A stretch of DNA of 52,995 nt from Chloroflexota bacterium (lineage in GTDB: Bacteria; Chloroflexota; Limnocylindria; Limnocylindrales; CSP1-4). Shown here one piece after another: positions 26,530 through 36,464 of the stretch. Location of the stretch: positions 1 through 52,995 of the forward strand of contig JANNUK010000227.1 of NCBI GenBank assembly GCA_031395155.1, given 5' to 3'. Position numbers and translations under genes: made by a program. How positions within the stretch are numbered: the first letter of the stretch is position 1; every line of letters begins with the position of its first letter. Below the pieces are notes generated by a model. It searched no databases. It was not told the origin of the DNA and worked only from the letters and a program-made list of their open reading frames with translations.

Positions 26530-27101
26530 GAGTCGGATCCCGGTGCCGGTGGCGTCGTCGACATGGCCGCGCGCGCGCCCGCCGGCTCCGGCTCGGCTGC
26601 GGATTCGGTGAGGGCCACCTGAAATGCGCGATAGGCGGCCGCTCCGCGCAGCGCAAAGATCACGTCCTGAAGGCTGGGTGAGCGCGTCAGCTCGTCGCGG
26701 ACGGCACGGACCGTGATCCGCGCGGCCTCCTCAAGCGGGAAGCCTCCCACCCCGGTCCCGAGCGCCGGAAAGGCGATTCCGGTTGCTTCCAGTTCCCGAG
26801 CGCGGGCCATGGCGCTCCGGACTGCCGCCTCGATGGTCGGGCCGCTCGTCCGTCGATCACGGTCGAGCGAGACGGCGTGGATGACGGCCCGAGCCGCGAG
26901 TCGGCCTGCCCCGGTGACGATCGCGGAGCCGAGCTCGACCGGCCCCTGGCGGACGGCGGCGAACTCGATTTCGTCACCACCGGCTCGTTTGATCGCGCCG
27001 GCGACACCGGTCGCCATCCACAGGCTGGGGTTGGCGGCGGTCACGATCGTGTCGACCTCCAGGTCGCAGATGTCGCCATTCCAGAGTTCAATGCGCGCCA
27101 C
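26526..27101 (-). CDS. Stand-alone macro domain protein (ADP-ribose binding / O-acetyl-ADP-ribose deacetylase-like)
   Basis: IELWNGDICDLEVDTIVTAANPSL, GVAGAIKRAGG, GSAIVTGAGRLAARAVIHAV, IAFPALGTGVGGFP. Only GTG 27101 precedes the conserved N-terminus in frame; it overlaps the alr 3' end by 61 nt. Confidence 0.8.
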   Translation of the reverse strand: MARIELWNGDICDLEVDTIVTAANPSLWMATGVAGAIKRAGGDEIEFAAVRQGPVELGSAIVTGAGRLAARAVIHAVSLDRDRRTSGPTIEAAVRSAMARARELEATGIAFPALGTGVGGFPLEEAARITVRAVRDELTRSPSLQDVIFALRGAAAYRAFQVALTESAAEPEPAGARAAMSTTPPAPGSDS

Positions 27102-28342
27102 AAACGGTCCCCGCTTGCGAGGCTGCGCACTTCCACGGCCTCGGAGGCCGCATGGTACACCCGGGGAAGCCGCCGGGCCATGGCCGTCACCACCTCCCAC
27201 GTATTCGTGGTGCGGCGCTGCGCCACGTCGAGGACGGAGATCCGCTCGGCACCCTGACGGCCGATCAGGACGAACTCGTCATCCTCGTCGACCGGGCGAC
27301 CCGCGATATCGGTGACGTCGACGGTGATCGCGTCCATCGAGACGTTGCCGACGATCGGAGCGCGACGACCGCGCACCAGGGCCTCGGCCCGGTTCGAGAG
27401 GGCCCGCGACCAGCCGTCGCCATAGCCGAGGGGCAGAGTCGCGATCCGGCTGGGACGGGTCGTCACGAACGTGGGGCCGTACCCGATCCCCGACCCTGAG
27501 GGCAGGTCGGCCACCCGAACCGGTCGCGCATGCAGCGAGAGGACCGGTCGCAGGCCGGCAGCCTCGGCACGCCCTTCCGGATTCGAGCCGAGTTCCTCGG
27601 GAACGATGCCGTAGATCGACAGGCCGGGCCTGACCGCATCGTGGGCGGCCACATTGCCCGACAGCAGCATCCCGCTCGCGGCCACGTGGCGGCGAGGCAG
27701 CGCGATGCCGGCCGCGCGGAGGCTGTCGCCGGCGACATCGAACCGTTCCATCTGGAGCCCCGTCAGGATCGGGTCCTCGGCCGCCTGCAGGTGGGTCCAC
27801 AGTCCACCCAGGCGGACGCCCCGGGTGGCCCGGATGGCCGCGGCAGCGGTCGCCACCGCGTCGCCCATGACGCCGCCGCGGCCGAGTCCCGTGTCGACCT
27901 CGAGATGGACCACCACGGCGCGCCTGCCGCGCCCGGCCCGCGCCGCGGCAGCCACGAGGACCTGCTCCAGGCCACGCCCACCACCGGTGGAGATTGCGAT
28001 CCGGGCCTGGGCCGCGGCTGCGACGTACGCGGCCGGGACGGGGTACAAGACCAGAATCGCCAGGCGGACGCCTCCCCGTCGGAGCTCGATCGCCTCGTCG
28101 AACGCGGCGACGCACAGTCCGTCGGCCCCGGCATCCTCGAGCCGGAGCGCCACGGGGACGGCGCCGTGTCCATAGGCGTCGGCCTTGACCACCGGCTCCA
28201 CGCGAACGCCCGACCCCGCGATGCGGCGCACCGCCGCGAGATTCCCCGCGAGCGCATCGATGTCGATCTCGAGCCAGGCGAACCGCGGCAACGGCGGCAA
28301 CCCGGCGTCGGCCAGGCGTGCCTCGATCGCTCGTCGCTCCAT
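27041..28342 (-). CDS. alr: Alanine racemase
   Basis: PLP-Lys motif VVKADAYGHGAVPVA, LGYGDGWSR, VSMDAITVDV, RLPRVY. Has an extra ~40-aa C-terminal tail. Confidence 0.9.
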   Translation of the reverse strand: MERRAIEARLADAGLPPLPRFAWLEIDIDALAGNLAAVRRIAGSGVRVEPVVKADAYGHGAVPVALRLEDAGADGLCVAAFDEAIELRRGGVRLAILVLYPVPAAYVAAAAQARIAISTGGGRGLEQVLVAAAARAGRGRRAVVVHLEVDTGLGRGGVMGDAVATAAAAIRATRGVRLGGLWTHLQAAEDPILTGLQMERFDVAGDSLRAAGIALPRRHVAASGMLLSGNVAAHDAVRPGLSIYGIVPEELGSNPEGRAEAAGLRPVLSLHARPVRVADLPSGSGIGYGPTFVTTRPSRIATLPLGYGDGWSRALSNRAEALVRGRRAPIVGNVSMDAITVDVTDIAGRPVDEDDEFVLIGRQGAERISVLDVAQRRTTNTWEVVTAMARRLPRVYHAASEAVEVRSLASGDRLWRALNSGMATSATWRSTRS

Positions 28343-28350
28343 GGGCTCGG

Positions 28351-29445
28351 TCAGGAAGGCGGGTTCGCGTCCGACGCCGACCGCCGTGCACCGAACCCCA
28401 CGGGCGCGTCCGCGGCTCGCCGTGCCACGGCGACGAGACGCCGCCTCGCAAGAGCAACGGCGTCGGGCAGGTCCGAGGCCAGGAGTCCGGCATCGCCAAA
28501 CCGCTGGAGCACCGCCTCACCGGCGAGGCCATGCAGTTGGACGCCGAGTCGGGCCGCGTCGAACGGCCGGAGCCCCTGGGCCAGGAGGGCACCGATGACG
28601 CCGGCGAGAACGTCACCCGTCCCGCCCGTCGCCAGCGCCGGGTTTTCGAATTCGGCGATCGCCGCCGGGTGGTGCGGCGCGGCAACGACCGTCCTGGCCC
28701 CCTTGAGGACGACCACCTGTCCCCATCGCGTGGCTGCGTCTACAGCAGCCGCGACGCGAGCGGCGTCGTCGTCGGAGAGGTCCCCGTCGTCGACCGGTTC
28801 GCCTCCACCACCGGCTCGGAGTCGTGAGAACTCGCCCGGGTGCGGCGTCAGGACACACGGCCGGCGGACTGACTCCCACCAGCGGTCGCTCGAGGCCAGC
28901 AAGCGGAGGGCCTCGGCGTCGAGCACAGCAGGCGCTGGTTCCAGGTCCGCAGGCCCGGCGGCCGGGCCCGCAGGTCCGTCGGCGGCATCGCCGGCCATTC
29001 CGACGAGGGCGCGGACCAGCTCGGCCGTGGCCAGGCCCGGTCGAAGTCCGGGCCCGATGACGATGGCGTCGTGCTCGTGATCGAGGATGCGCGACAGTGC
29101 CGCCTCGGGATCGACGGCTCCGACATCGTCCTCGGGCAGGCCCATGGTCGTGGCCTCGACGACCTTGGCGGCGAACAGCGGCTGGAGCGACTCGGGCACG
29201 GCCAGGGTCACCAGGCCGGCACCGGCACGACCCGCTCCGCGGCACACCAGGAGCGCGGCGCCCGCGTAGTCGAGCGAGCCGGCGACCACCAGCAACGTTC
29301 CGAACGTGCCCTTGTGGCCGCGGATCGGGCGTTGCGGCAGGAGCGCGGCGGCCAGCTCGTCGTCCATCCGAGTCGCGCCGACGACCTCGGGGCGGGTGAT
29401 CGGTCGGCGGCCGAACCCGACTTCGGCGCGCTCAAGCATCGGCAT
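28351..29445 (-). CDS. nnrD: ADP-dependent NAD(P)H-hydrate dehydratase (YjeF C-terminal domain only)
   Basis: HKGTFGTLLVVAGSLDYAGAALL, VLDAEAL, VVLKGARTVVAAP, NPALATGGTGDVLAGVIGALLAQG. Start refined to ATG 29445 or 29439. The upstream track residues are an alternate frame of acpS, so no YjeF_N epimerase domain is present. Confidence 0.85.
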   Translation of the reverse strand: MPMLERAEVGFGRRPITRPEVVGATRMDDELAAALLPQRPIRGHKGTFGTLLVVAGSLDYAGAALLVCRGAGRAGAGLVTLAVPESLQPLFAAKVVEATTMGLPEDDVGAVDPEAALSRILDHEHDAIVIGPGLRPGLATAELVRALVGMAGDAADGPAGPAAGPADLEPAPAVLDAEALRLLASSDRWWESVRRPCVLTPHPGEFSRLRAGGGGEPVDDGDLSDDDAARVAAAVDAATRWGQVVVLKGARTVVAAPHHPAAIAEFENPALATGGTGDVLAGVIGALLAQGLRPFDAARLGVQLHGLAGEAVLQRFGDAGLLASDLPDAVALARRRLVAVARRAADAPVGFGARRSASDANPPS

Positions 29446-30040
29446 CCGGCTCGACGCTGCCGACCGGCCCAGCCGACGTGGACGGCTCTCCGGTCGAGCC
29501 GGCCAGCGTCCGCATCCGCTCCATGCGCGCCAGCAACCGCCGCTCGCGGTCGTCGAGTCGCTCCTCGATATCGAGCGGGAACACGTACCGCCCCCCCGCC
29601 GCCCGGATCCCGAATGCGATGGCGACCGCGTAGTCAGCCTCGTGGCTGATGGAGACCGCGATCCGCTCCATGCCGAGCTGCTCGGCACGATCCGCCGCCC
29701 GACCATGAAGCCGGACCGCCGGCTGGCCGGTCGGCATCCGCTCGATCTCGATATCACGCCAACCGATCCCGCGGACGCCCAGCCCGAGCACCTTGCTCAC
29801 GGCCTCCTTGGCAGCCCAGCGCCCGGCCATCGTCTCGGGGCGATCGCGGACATAGCGCTGCTCCAGCGGGGTGAGCACACGACGACTGAAGCGGGTCCCG
29901 AACCGCGTCAGCGTCTCGCGGATGCGGTCGACCTTGATGATGTCGATCCCGAGTTCGGTCGTGCCCGCGGGGACAACCGAGGCGGGGTGGCCCGCGGCGT
30001 CCGCGGCCGCGCTCCGATCAGTCCCGCGCCGCCCGGCCAC
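29432..30040 (-). CDS. acpS: Holo-[acyl-carrier-protein] synthase with C-terminal extension
   Basis: LGIDIIKVDRI, RWAAKEAVSKVLG, ISHEADYAVAIA. GTG 30040 lies 4 nt after the glmS stop (the start could be slightly later). About 60-70 aa beyond the normal end. Confidence 0.85.
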   Translation of the reverse strand: MAGRRGTDRSAAADAAGHPASVVPAGTTELGIDIIKVDRIRETLTRFGTRFSRRVLTPLEQRYVRDRPETMAGRWAAKEAVSKVLGLGVRGIGWRDIEIERMPTGQPAVRLHGRAADRAEQLGMERIAVSISHEADYAVAIAFGIRAAGGRYVFPLDIEERLDDRERRLLARMERMRTLAGSTGEPSTSAGPVGSVEPDADA

Positions 30041-30044
30041 GTCC

Positions 30045-31877
<1,833 letters not shown>

Positions 31878-31944
31878 CTGGGGAGGTCCTCCGTGGTGCC
31901 CGGCCGCGGCCGGACGGGGTGGCTGGTCGGGTGGGCACCGACGG

Positions 31945-33279
31945 TCAGTTTAGCCGCTCCCCTGCGAGACTCGCGAGCGCGTCGGCCAGCTCAGATACCA
32001 GGTCGGCATCCGGCCCCTCGACCATCACCCGAAGAGCGGGTTCCGTGCCGGACGGCCGGACGAGGATCCGGCCGGTCTGCCCGAGGCGCTCGCGCGCCTC
32101 GCCAATCGCTCGCTGCAGGACGGGATCGCCCTCCCACTGGTCCTTGTGACGGGCCGGCGTCGCCCGCTGTTGCTGGGGCAGCATCGGGATGGCGGCCGCC
32201 AGGTCGGCCAGCGACTCGCCCGTTGCCGCCATGACCCGCAGCAGTTCGAGGGCGGTCACGATGCCGTCCCCGGAGGTGGCCCGGTCGAGCACGATGACGT
32301 GGCCGCTCTTCTCGCCCCCGAGCACGGCACCGGCGACCTCCATTCCATCGAGGATGTAGCGATCCCCGACGGGGGTCCGCACGACCGTGCCGCCCGCGGC
32401 GCGAACGGCCGCTTCGAGGCCACCATTGGACAGGACCGACACCACGAGGGTCCCGTTCGGCAGCGCGCCGCGGGCCAGTCGGTCGAGCGCGAGGATCCCC
32501 AGAATCTGGTCGCCGTCCACGATCGTTCCGGACGCATCGGCCGCAATGAGCCGGTCGGCATCGCCGTCGAGGGCGAATCCGACATCGGCTCCGGTTTCGG
32601 CAACGCGGGCGGCCATCGCCGCGGGCGCCGTGGCCCCGGCGTTGACGTTGATGTTCGCTCCGTCCGGCGCATTGTGGATGGTGTCCACGAGCACGCCCGT
32701 GCCTGAGAGGATCTCCGGCGCCACGACGCCGCCCGAGCCGTTGGCGCAGTCGAGCACGACCCGCAGGCCGTGGGCACCGACCTGGGCGGCGATTGCCAGC
32801 CGATCGTCGACGTAGCACGCGAGCAGATCATGCGCGTCGATCGACACGCCCAGTCCGGCGTTGCCCATCCCTCCGAGTTCGTCGGCCCGCCACACGAGGT
32901 GCTCCAGCTCGTCTTCGACGGCGTCGTCCAGCTTTCGGCCACCACGCCCAAGAACCTTGAGGCCGTTGTCGTCCGCAGGGTTGTGCGACGCCGAGACCAT
33001 GATCCCGGCCGGAAAGTTGCCCGCACCGGCCACATGTGCGAGCGCCGGGGTCGGAACGACTCCCAGCCGATGGACGTCGACGCCGAGGCTGGTTGCTCCG
33101 GCCGTGATCGCGGCCACGAACATGTCGCACGACCGGCGCGTGTCCTGGCCCACGACGAGCGTCCCTCCCGGACCGGCCAATCGATGTGCGGTGGCCCGCC
33201 CGAGGGCGTAGGCGAGCGGCGGCTTCAGGTCGACGTTGGCGACGCCGCGAATTCCGTCCGTGCCGAAGAGCCGAGGCAT
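31945..33279 (-). CDS. glmM: Phosphoglucosamine mutase
   Basis: LFGTDGIRGVAN, phospho-Ser loop MVSASHNPADDNGLK, ALDGDADR, GGEKSGH. Start refined to ATG 33279. Confidence 0.93.
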   Translation of the reverse strand: MPRLFGTDGIRGVANVDLKPPLAYALGRATAHRLAGPGGTLVVGQDTRRSCDMFVAAITAGATSLGVDVHRLGVVPTPALAHVAGAGNFPAGIMVSASHNPADDNGLKVLGRGGRKLDDAVEDELEHLVWRADELGGMGNAGLGVSIDAHDLLACYVDDRLAIAAQVGAHGLRVVLDCANGSGGVVAPEILSGTGVLVDTIHNAPDGANINVNAGATAPAAMAARVAETGADVGFALDGDADRLIAADASGTIVDGDQILGILALDRLARGALPNGTLVVSVLSNGGLEAAVRAAGGTVVRTPVGDRYILDGMEVAGAVLGGEKSGHVIVLDRATSGDGIVTALELLRVMAATGESLADLAAAIPMLPQQQRATPARHKDQWEGDPVLQRAIGEARERLGQTGRILVRPSGTEPALRVMVEGPDADLVSELADALASLAGERLN

Positions 33280-33289
33280 GGGGCGGCGA

Positions 33290-34525
33290 CTACGGGACCG
33301 GCGACGGGGATGGCGACCCCGTCTCCGGACTGGCGATCGACACGGATATCGTGGCCGGGGCGATGGCCACGAGGCTGAGCCCGGCCGCAAGGTTCGCCGT
33401 GACCGCCACCTCGTGGATGCCGGGGGGCAGGCCAGACACGTCGACTCTGACCGAGAACGTACTCGCGGTCAGCCGATCGAGGTCGGCGACTGAACCGCCG
33501 ATCGTGACCAGCACGCGGTCGGTGGAGAAGTCGTACAACAAGGCGGAGTTCGCGCCGGCGAGCACGAACCCGGCACTGAACGTGCGCGTGGCAGTGACCG
33601 CTCGAAGGGTCACCGTCACTCGAACCTCGTCAACGCCGAGCGCGAGGATGCCGGCCGGCAACGAGAGGGCGACCGTTCGGTCGATGTCGGAGGAGATACC
33701 GCTGATCGAGATCGGCTGGGTGTCGAGGCGGGTCAATGCGGCCAGCTGGTCGGCATCGCCTTCGACACCGACGATGGCCGGCTCGACGGTCACCGCCGCC
33801 ACCTCGAATCCCGCCGCGGGCGTGCCCGTGTAGATGGGATTCACGGCAAGCGATCGCGTCTGCCGGTCGGTGAAGACCGCGATCGTGACGCGGACCGAGG
33901 ACGGCTCGACATCGACCTGGCTCAGCGGCTCACCAAGCTCGTCGAGAACGATGAGATCAACGTCACGGTCGATGTCGATGCCCGACGGGTCGATCCGCAC
34001 CCGTGCCACCGCCCTCGCAGCTCGCTTGACGATCGACGAGGGGCCGACGACGGTCGCGCTGGCGAGCGACAGCTGCGCCTCGCGCACGTCGAGGCCGGGC
34101 GGGATCTCGCCCGGCTCGACCTCGATCGGGACCTCGCGTCGGATCACCTCGTCGAGCTGGATGTTGATTCGGCTGGGCTCGTAGTCGAGAATCTGGATGC
34201 GCGGGTCGATCGCCTCGACGCGGACCGCCACGGACACGCGGACCTCGCTTGGATTGATCGTGGACAGATCGACCGTCGCCCGGAAGCTCGAGCTGTCGAG
34301 GCGGATGCCGTCGTTCGGGGCAAAGTAGCGGATGCGGACGACGTCGGGAAGGTTGGTCAACAGCACCATCGAGGTCGGTTGCTCGACCGCTTCGATCGGG
34401 ACGCTGCCGGCGAAGGTGCGGGTGTTCTCGGACAGGACAAGGCCCGAGTACAGCAGCGTCGCGAGGATCACGGCGCCGAGCTTGAGCGGCCAGTTACGGA
34501 CGAGAAACCGGGCAGCGCGATTCAC
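33290..34525 (-). CDS. cdaR: YbbR-domain protein (CdaA regulator CdaR)
   Basis: N-terminal anchor NWPLKLGAVILATLLYSGLV followed by repeated ~90-aa beta-rich YbbR-like units. Sits between cdaA and glmM, and its start overlaps the cdaA stop. Confidence 0.8.
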   Translation of the reverse strand: MNRAARFLVRNWPLKLGAVILATLLYSGLVLSENTRTFAGSVPIEAVEQPTSMVLLTNLPDVVRIRYFAPNDGIRLDSSSFRATVDLSTINPSEVRVSVAVRVEAIDPRIQILDYEPSRINIQLDEVIRREVPIEVEPGEIPPGLDVREAQLSLASATVVGPSSIVKRAARAVARVRIDPSGIDIDRDVDLIVLDELGEPLSQVDVEPSSVRVTIAVFTDRQTRSLAVNPIYTGTPAAGFEVAAVTVEPAIVGVEGDADQLAALTRLDTQPISISGISSDIDRTVALSLPAGILALGVDEVRVTVTLRAVTATRTFSAGFVLAGANSALLYDFSTDRVLVTIGGSVADLDRLTASTFSVRVDVSGLPPGIHEVAVTANLAAGLSLVAIAPATISVSIASPETGSPSPSPVP

Positions 34526-35379
34526 GTGGGCGATTGCTCAGCCGACGACCTGTTGTCATCCGGTGGCGTTGCGGCCCGACGCCCGAGCGGCCCGCGGCCG
34601 TTCGTGTCGTGGAGCAGTGTCACGATTGCCCGGGTCAGCTGGGCCTCGCCCAGGTTGCGCACGATTCTCGCCCGCTCCACCAGGCTGATCTGGCCGTTCT
34701 CCTCGGACACGACGACGACCACGGCGTCCGTCTGCTCGGTGATTCCGAGGGCAGCCCGGTGGCGGGTGCCGTAGCGCTCCGTGTGCACGGTCATCTCGGC
34801 CAGCGGGAGCAGCGCGCCTGCCGCGAGAACCTGATCGCCACGAATGATGACCGCGCCGTCGTGCAACGCGGTTCTCGGGAAGAAGATCGTGCGCAACAGG
34901 TCGACCGAGAGCTCGGCGTGGATCATGACCCCGGTCTCGGCGATCTCCTCGAGCCCGGTCTCGCGCTCGAGCACGATGAGCGCCCCGTGGCCCTCCCGGG
35001 ACAGGATGGACGCGGCGCCCGACACGGTCGAGGCGACGCGGTCCACGGCGCGGTTATCGGACCCCGCGAACAGCCAGGCCAGCGACCCGAACCGCCCGAT
35101 CCGCTCCAGGGCACGACGCAGTTCCGGTTGGAAGACGACCACGATCGCGAACAGGCCGACCACGGCGCCGGTTTCCATGATCCGTGTGAGCAGCCGGAGA
35201 TCGAGTTCCTGGGCGATGGCGTAGACCAGAAACAGGACCGTCACGCCGATCACAAGCCGAACCGCTCGGGTCCCGCGGATCAAGCTGAACAGCCAGTAGA
35301 TCAGGAGGGCGGTGATCCCGATGTCGAGCAGTGTCGTCGGTCGGACCTGGTCCAGGATCGACTCGATGAGCTGCGGCAT
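34522..35379 (-). CDS. cdaA: Diadenylate cyclase CdaA (membrane-anchored DAC domain)
   Basis: Three N-terminal helices, then ALHDGAVII (DGA) and GTRHRAALGITEQTDAVVVVVSEENG (RHR). The start is ATG 35379 (MPQLIES..) or ATG 35397 (six residues longer, preceded by a G-run). Confidence 0.9.
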   Translation of the reverse strand: MPQLIESILDQVRPTTLLDIGITALLIYWLFSLIRGTRAVRLVIGVTVLFLVYAIAQELDLRLLTRIMETGAVVGLFAIVVVFQPELRRALERIGRFGSLAWLFAGSDNRAVDRVASTVSGAASILSREGHGALIVLERETGLEEIAETGVMIHAELSVDLLRTIFFPRTALHDGAVIIRGDQVLAAGALLPLAEMTVHTERYGTRHRAALGITEQTDAVVVVVSEENGQISLVERARIVRNLGEAQLTRAIVTLLHDTNGRGPLGRRAATPPDDNRSSAEQSPT

Positions 35380-35387
35380 CGCTCGGA

Positions 35388-35396
35388 AGTGTAGCA
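35388..35396 (-). promoter_or_regulatory. Candidate extended -10 (TGCTACACT) 8 nt before cdaA ATG 35379
   Basis: The minus strand reads gcgATGCTACACTtccgagcgATG. This competes with using ATG 35397 as the start codon. Confidence 0.3.
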
Positions 35397-35407
35397 TCGC
35401 GCCCCCC

Positions 35408-35437
35408 TCGAACCGGGGAGAGATCGAACCGGGGAGA
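35408..35437. repeat. 14-nt perfect direct repeat TCGAACCGGGGAGA x2 (2-nt spacer) upstream of cdaA
   Basis: Copies at 35408-35421 and 35424-35437, in the 73-nt gap between the TPR gene stop and cdaA, covering the expected -35 zone. Confidence 0.85.
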
Positions 35438-35452
35438 GGGGCCGCTCGACGC

Positions 35453-36457
35453 TCAGGGACAGAAGGCCGTCAGCGATGGATCGTCGGCGAAGTGCGTCTG
35501 CACCACGGCGCATAACCGGTCGTGCGTCGCGTGGTCCTCATCGAGCTCGGCGAGCCGGGCGACGAGGCGAACCTTGTCCGCGGCCAGCGTGATCCAGCCA
35601 GCGTCAAGGTACAGCTCCACGAGGTCAAGGTGCAGCTGTCCGCTCGTCGGCGACGTGGTCAGTGCCCAGGCGCACGCGTCGAGGGCGACGCGCCACTTTC
35701 CATCGACGCGCAGGCCCGCGACGGCCTCCCGGTAGGCGGCGAGGGCGGTGACCGGATCTCCCGCATCGGAGGCCGCATCGGCCATCGCGATCCGCTCGAG
35801 TGGGTCGGTGGGACCGGCACCGAGATCCTCGTCGGCCGGCTCGCTCAGCTCAATCGGCATGGCGCGGTTTGCCGGAGGTGCAACGACTGCATCCGCCGTG
35901 GGCGCGGTGGCGTCACCGGTCGTCGCCGTCGTCGTCAGGGCCTCCGATTCTGTTGTTGCCGCCGGCTCGAGGATGCGCAGCGCTCGCGCCATGGCGGCCG
36001 CGGCTGCAGCGCTCATGTCCGTGCCCCGAATCCGGCCGACGAGGCGTTCCACGGTTCGCCGGCGATCGCGCGATTCGGCGAGATCGAGGGAGCGGCGCGC
36101 CGCGTCGCAGGCCTCGGTCAGACGGCCGGCGGCGTCGTGTACCTCGGCAAGGGCCACGAATGCCTCCGCCGCAGCAACCCGGCGACCGAGGGCGACAAGG
36201 GTGTCGGCTCGGCCCGCCAGGGCGTCGACGTCCGCGGCCGCGCGTTCGAGCGCTCGATCGAAGGCAGCAAGGGCCTCGACATCGCGCCCCAGCCGACGCA
36301 GCGTTGCGCCGATGCCGTTGAGGGGCAGGGCCCGCTCAGGAGCGAGCGTCGCGGCCTCCGTGTAGGCGCCCAATGCCTTTTCGAGCTGCCCGCTGAGCGC
36401 GGCAACGTGCCCGCGGCGGAGAGCGTCCTTGTAGCGGTCGAACAGGGCGTCGGCCAC
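35453..36457 (-). CDS. TPR-repeat protein
   Basis: Start refined to GTG 36457, 8 nt after the argF stop. N-terminal TPR-like repeats (ALGAYTEAATLAPERALPLNGIGATLRRLGRDVEALAAFDRALE..), an Ala/Thr linker, and a helical C-terminal domain. Confidence 0.7.
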   Translation of the reverse strand: MADALFDRYKDALRRGHVAALSGQLEKALGAYTEAATLAPERALPLNGIGATLRRLGRDVEALAAFDRALERAAADVDALAGRADTLVALGRRVAAAEAFVALAEVHDAAGRLTEACDAARRSLDLAESRDRRRTVERLVGRIRGTDMSAAAAAAMARALRILEPAATTESEALTTTATTGDATAPTADAVVAPPANRAMPIELSEPADEDLGAGPTDPLERIAMADAASDAGDPVTALAAYREAVAGLRVDGKWRVALDACAWALTTSPTSGQLHLDLVELYLDAGWITLAADKVRLVARLAELDEDHATHDRLCAVVQTHFADDPSLTAFCP

Positions 36458-36464
36458 GTCGGCG

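Noticed and set aside
26526-27101. Macro domain as the antitoxin of a DarTG-type toxin-antitoxin or defence pair.
   Set aside because: The protein is a stand-alone ~190-aa macro domain without the DarG C-terminal domain, and neither neighbour resembles a DarT (DUF4433-like) ADP-ribosyltransferase as far as I can tell by eye. The idea is kept only as part of the broader uncharacterised-module hypothesis.
31878-31944. Possible glmS ribozyme upstream of glmS.
   Set aside because: Only 67 nt separate glmM and glmS, whereas the ribozyme core needs roughly 150 nt or more. I see no matching conserved core, only a GC palindrome.
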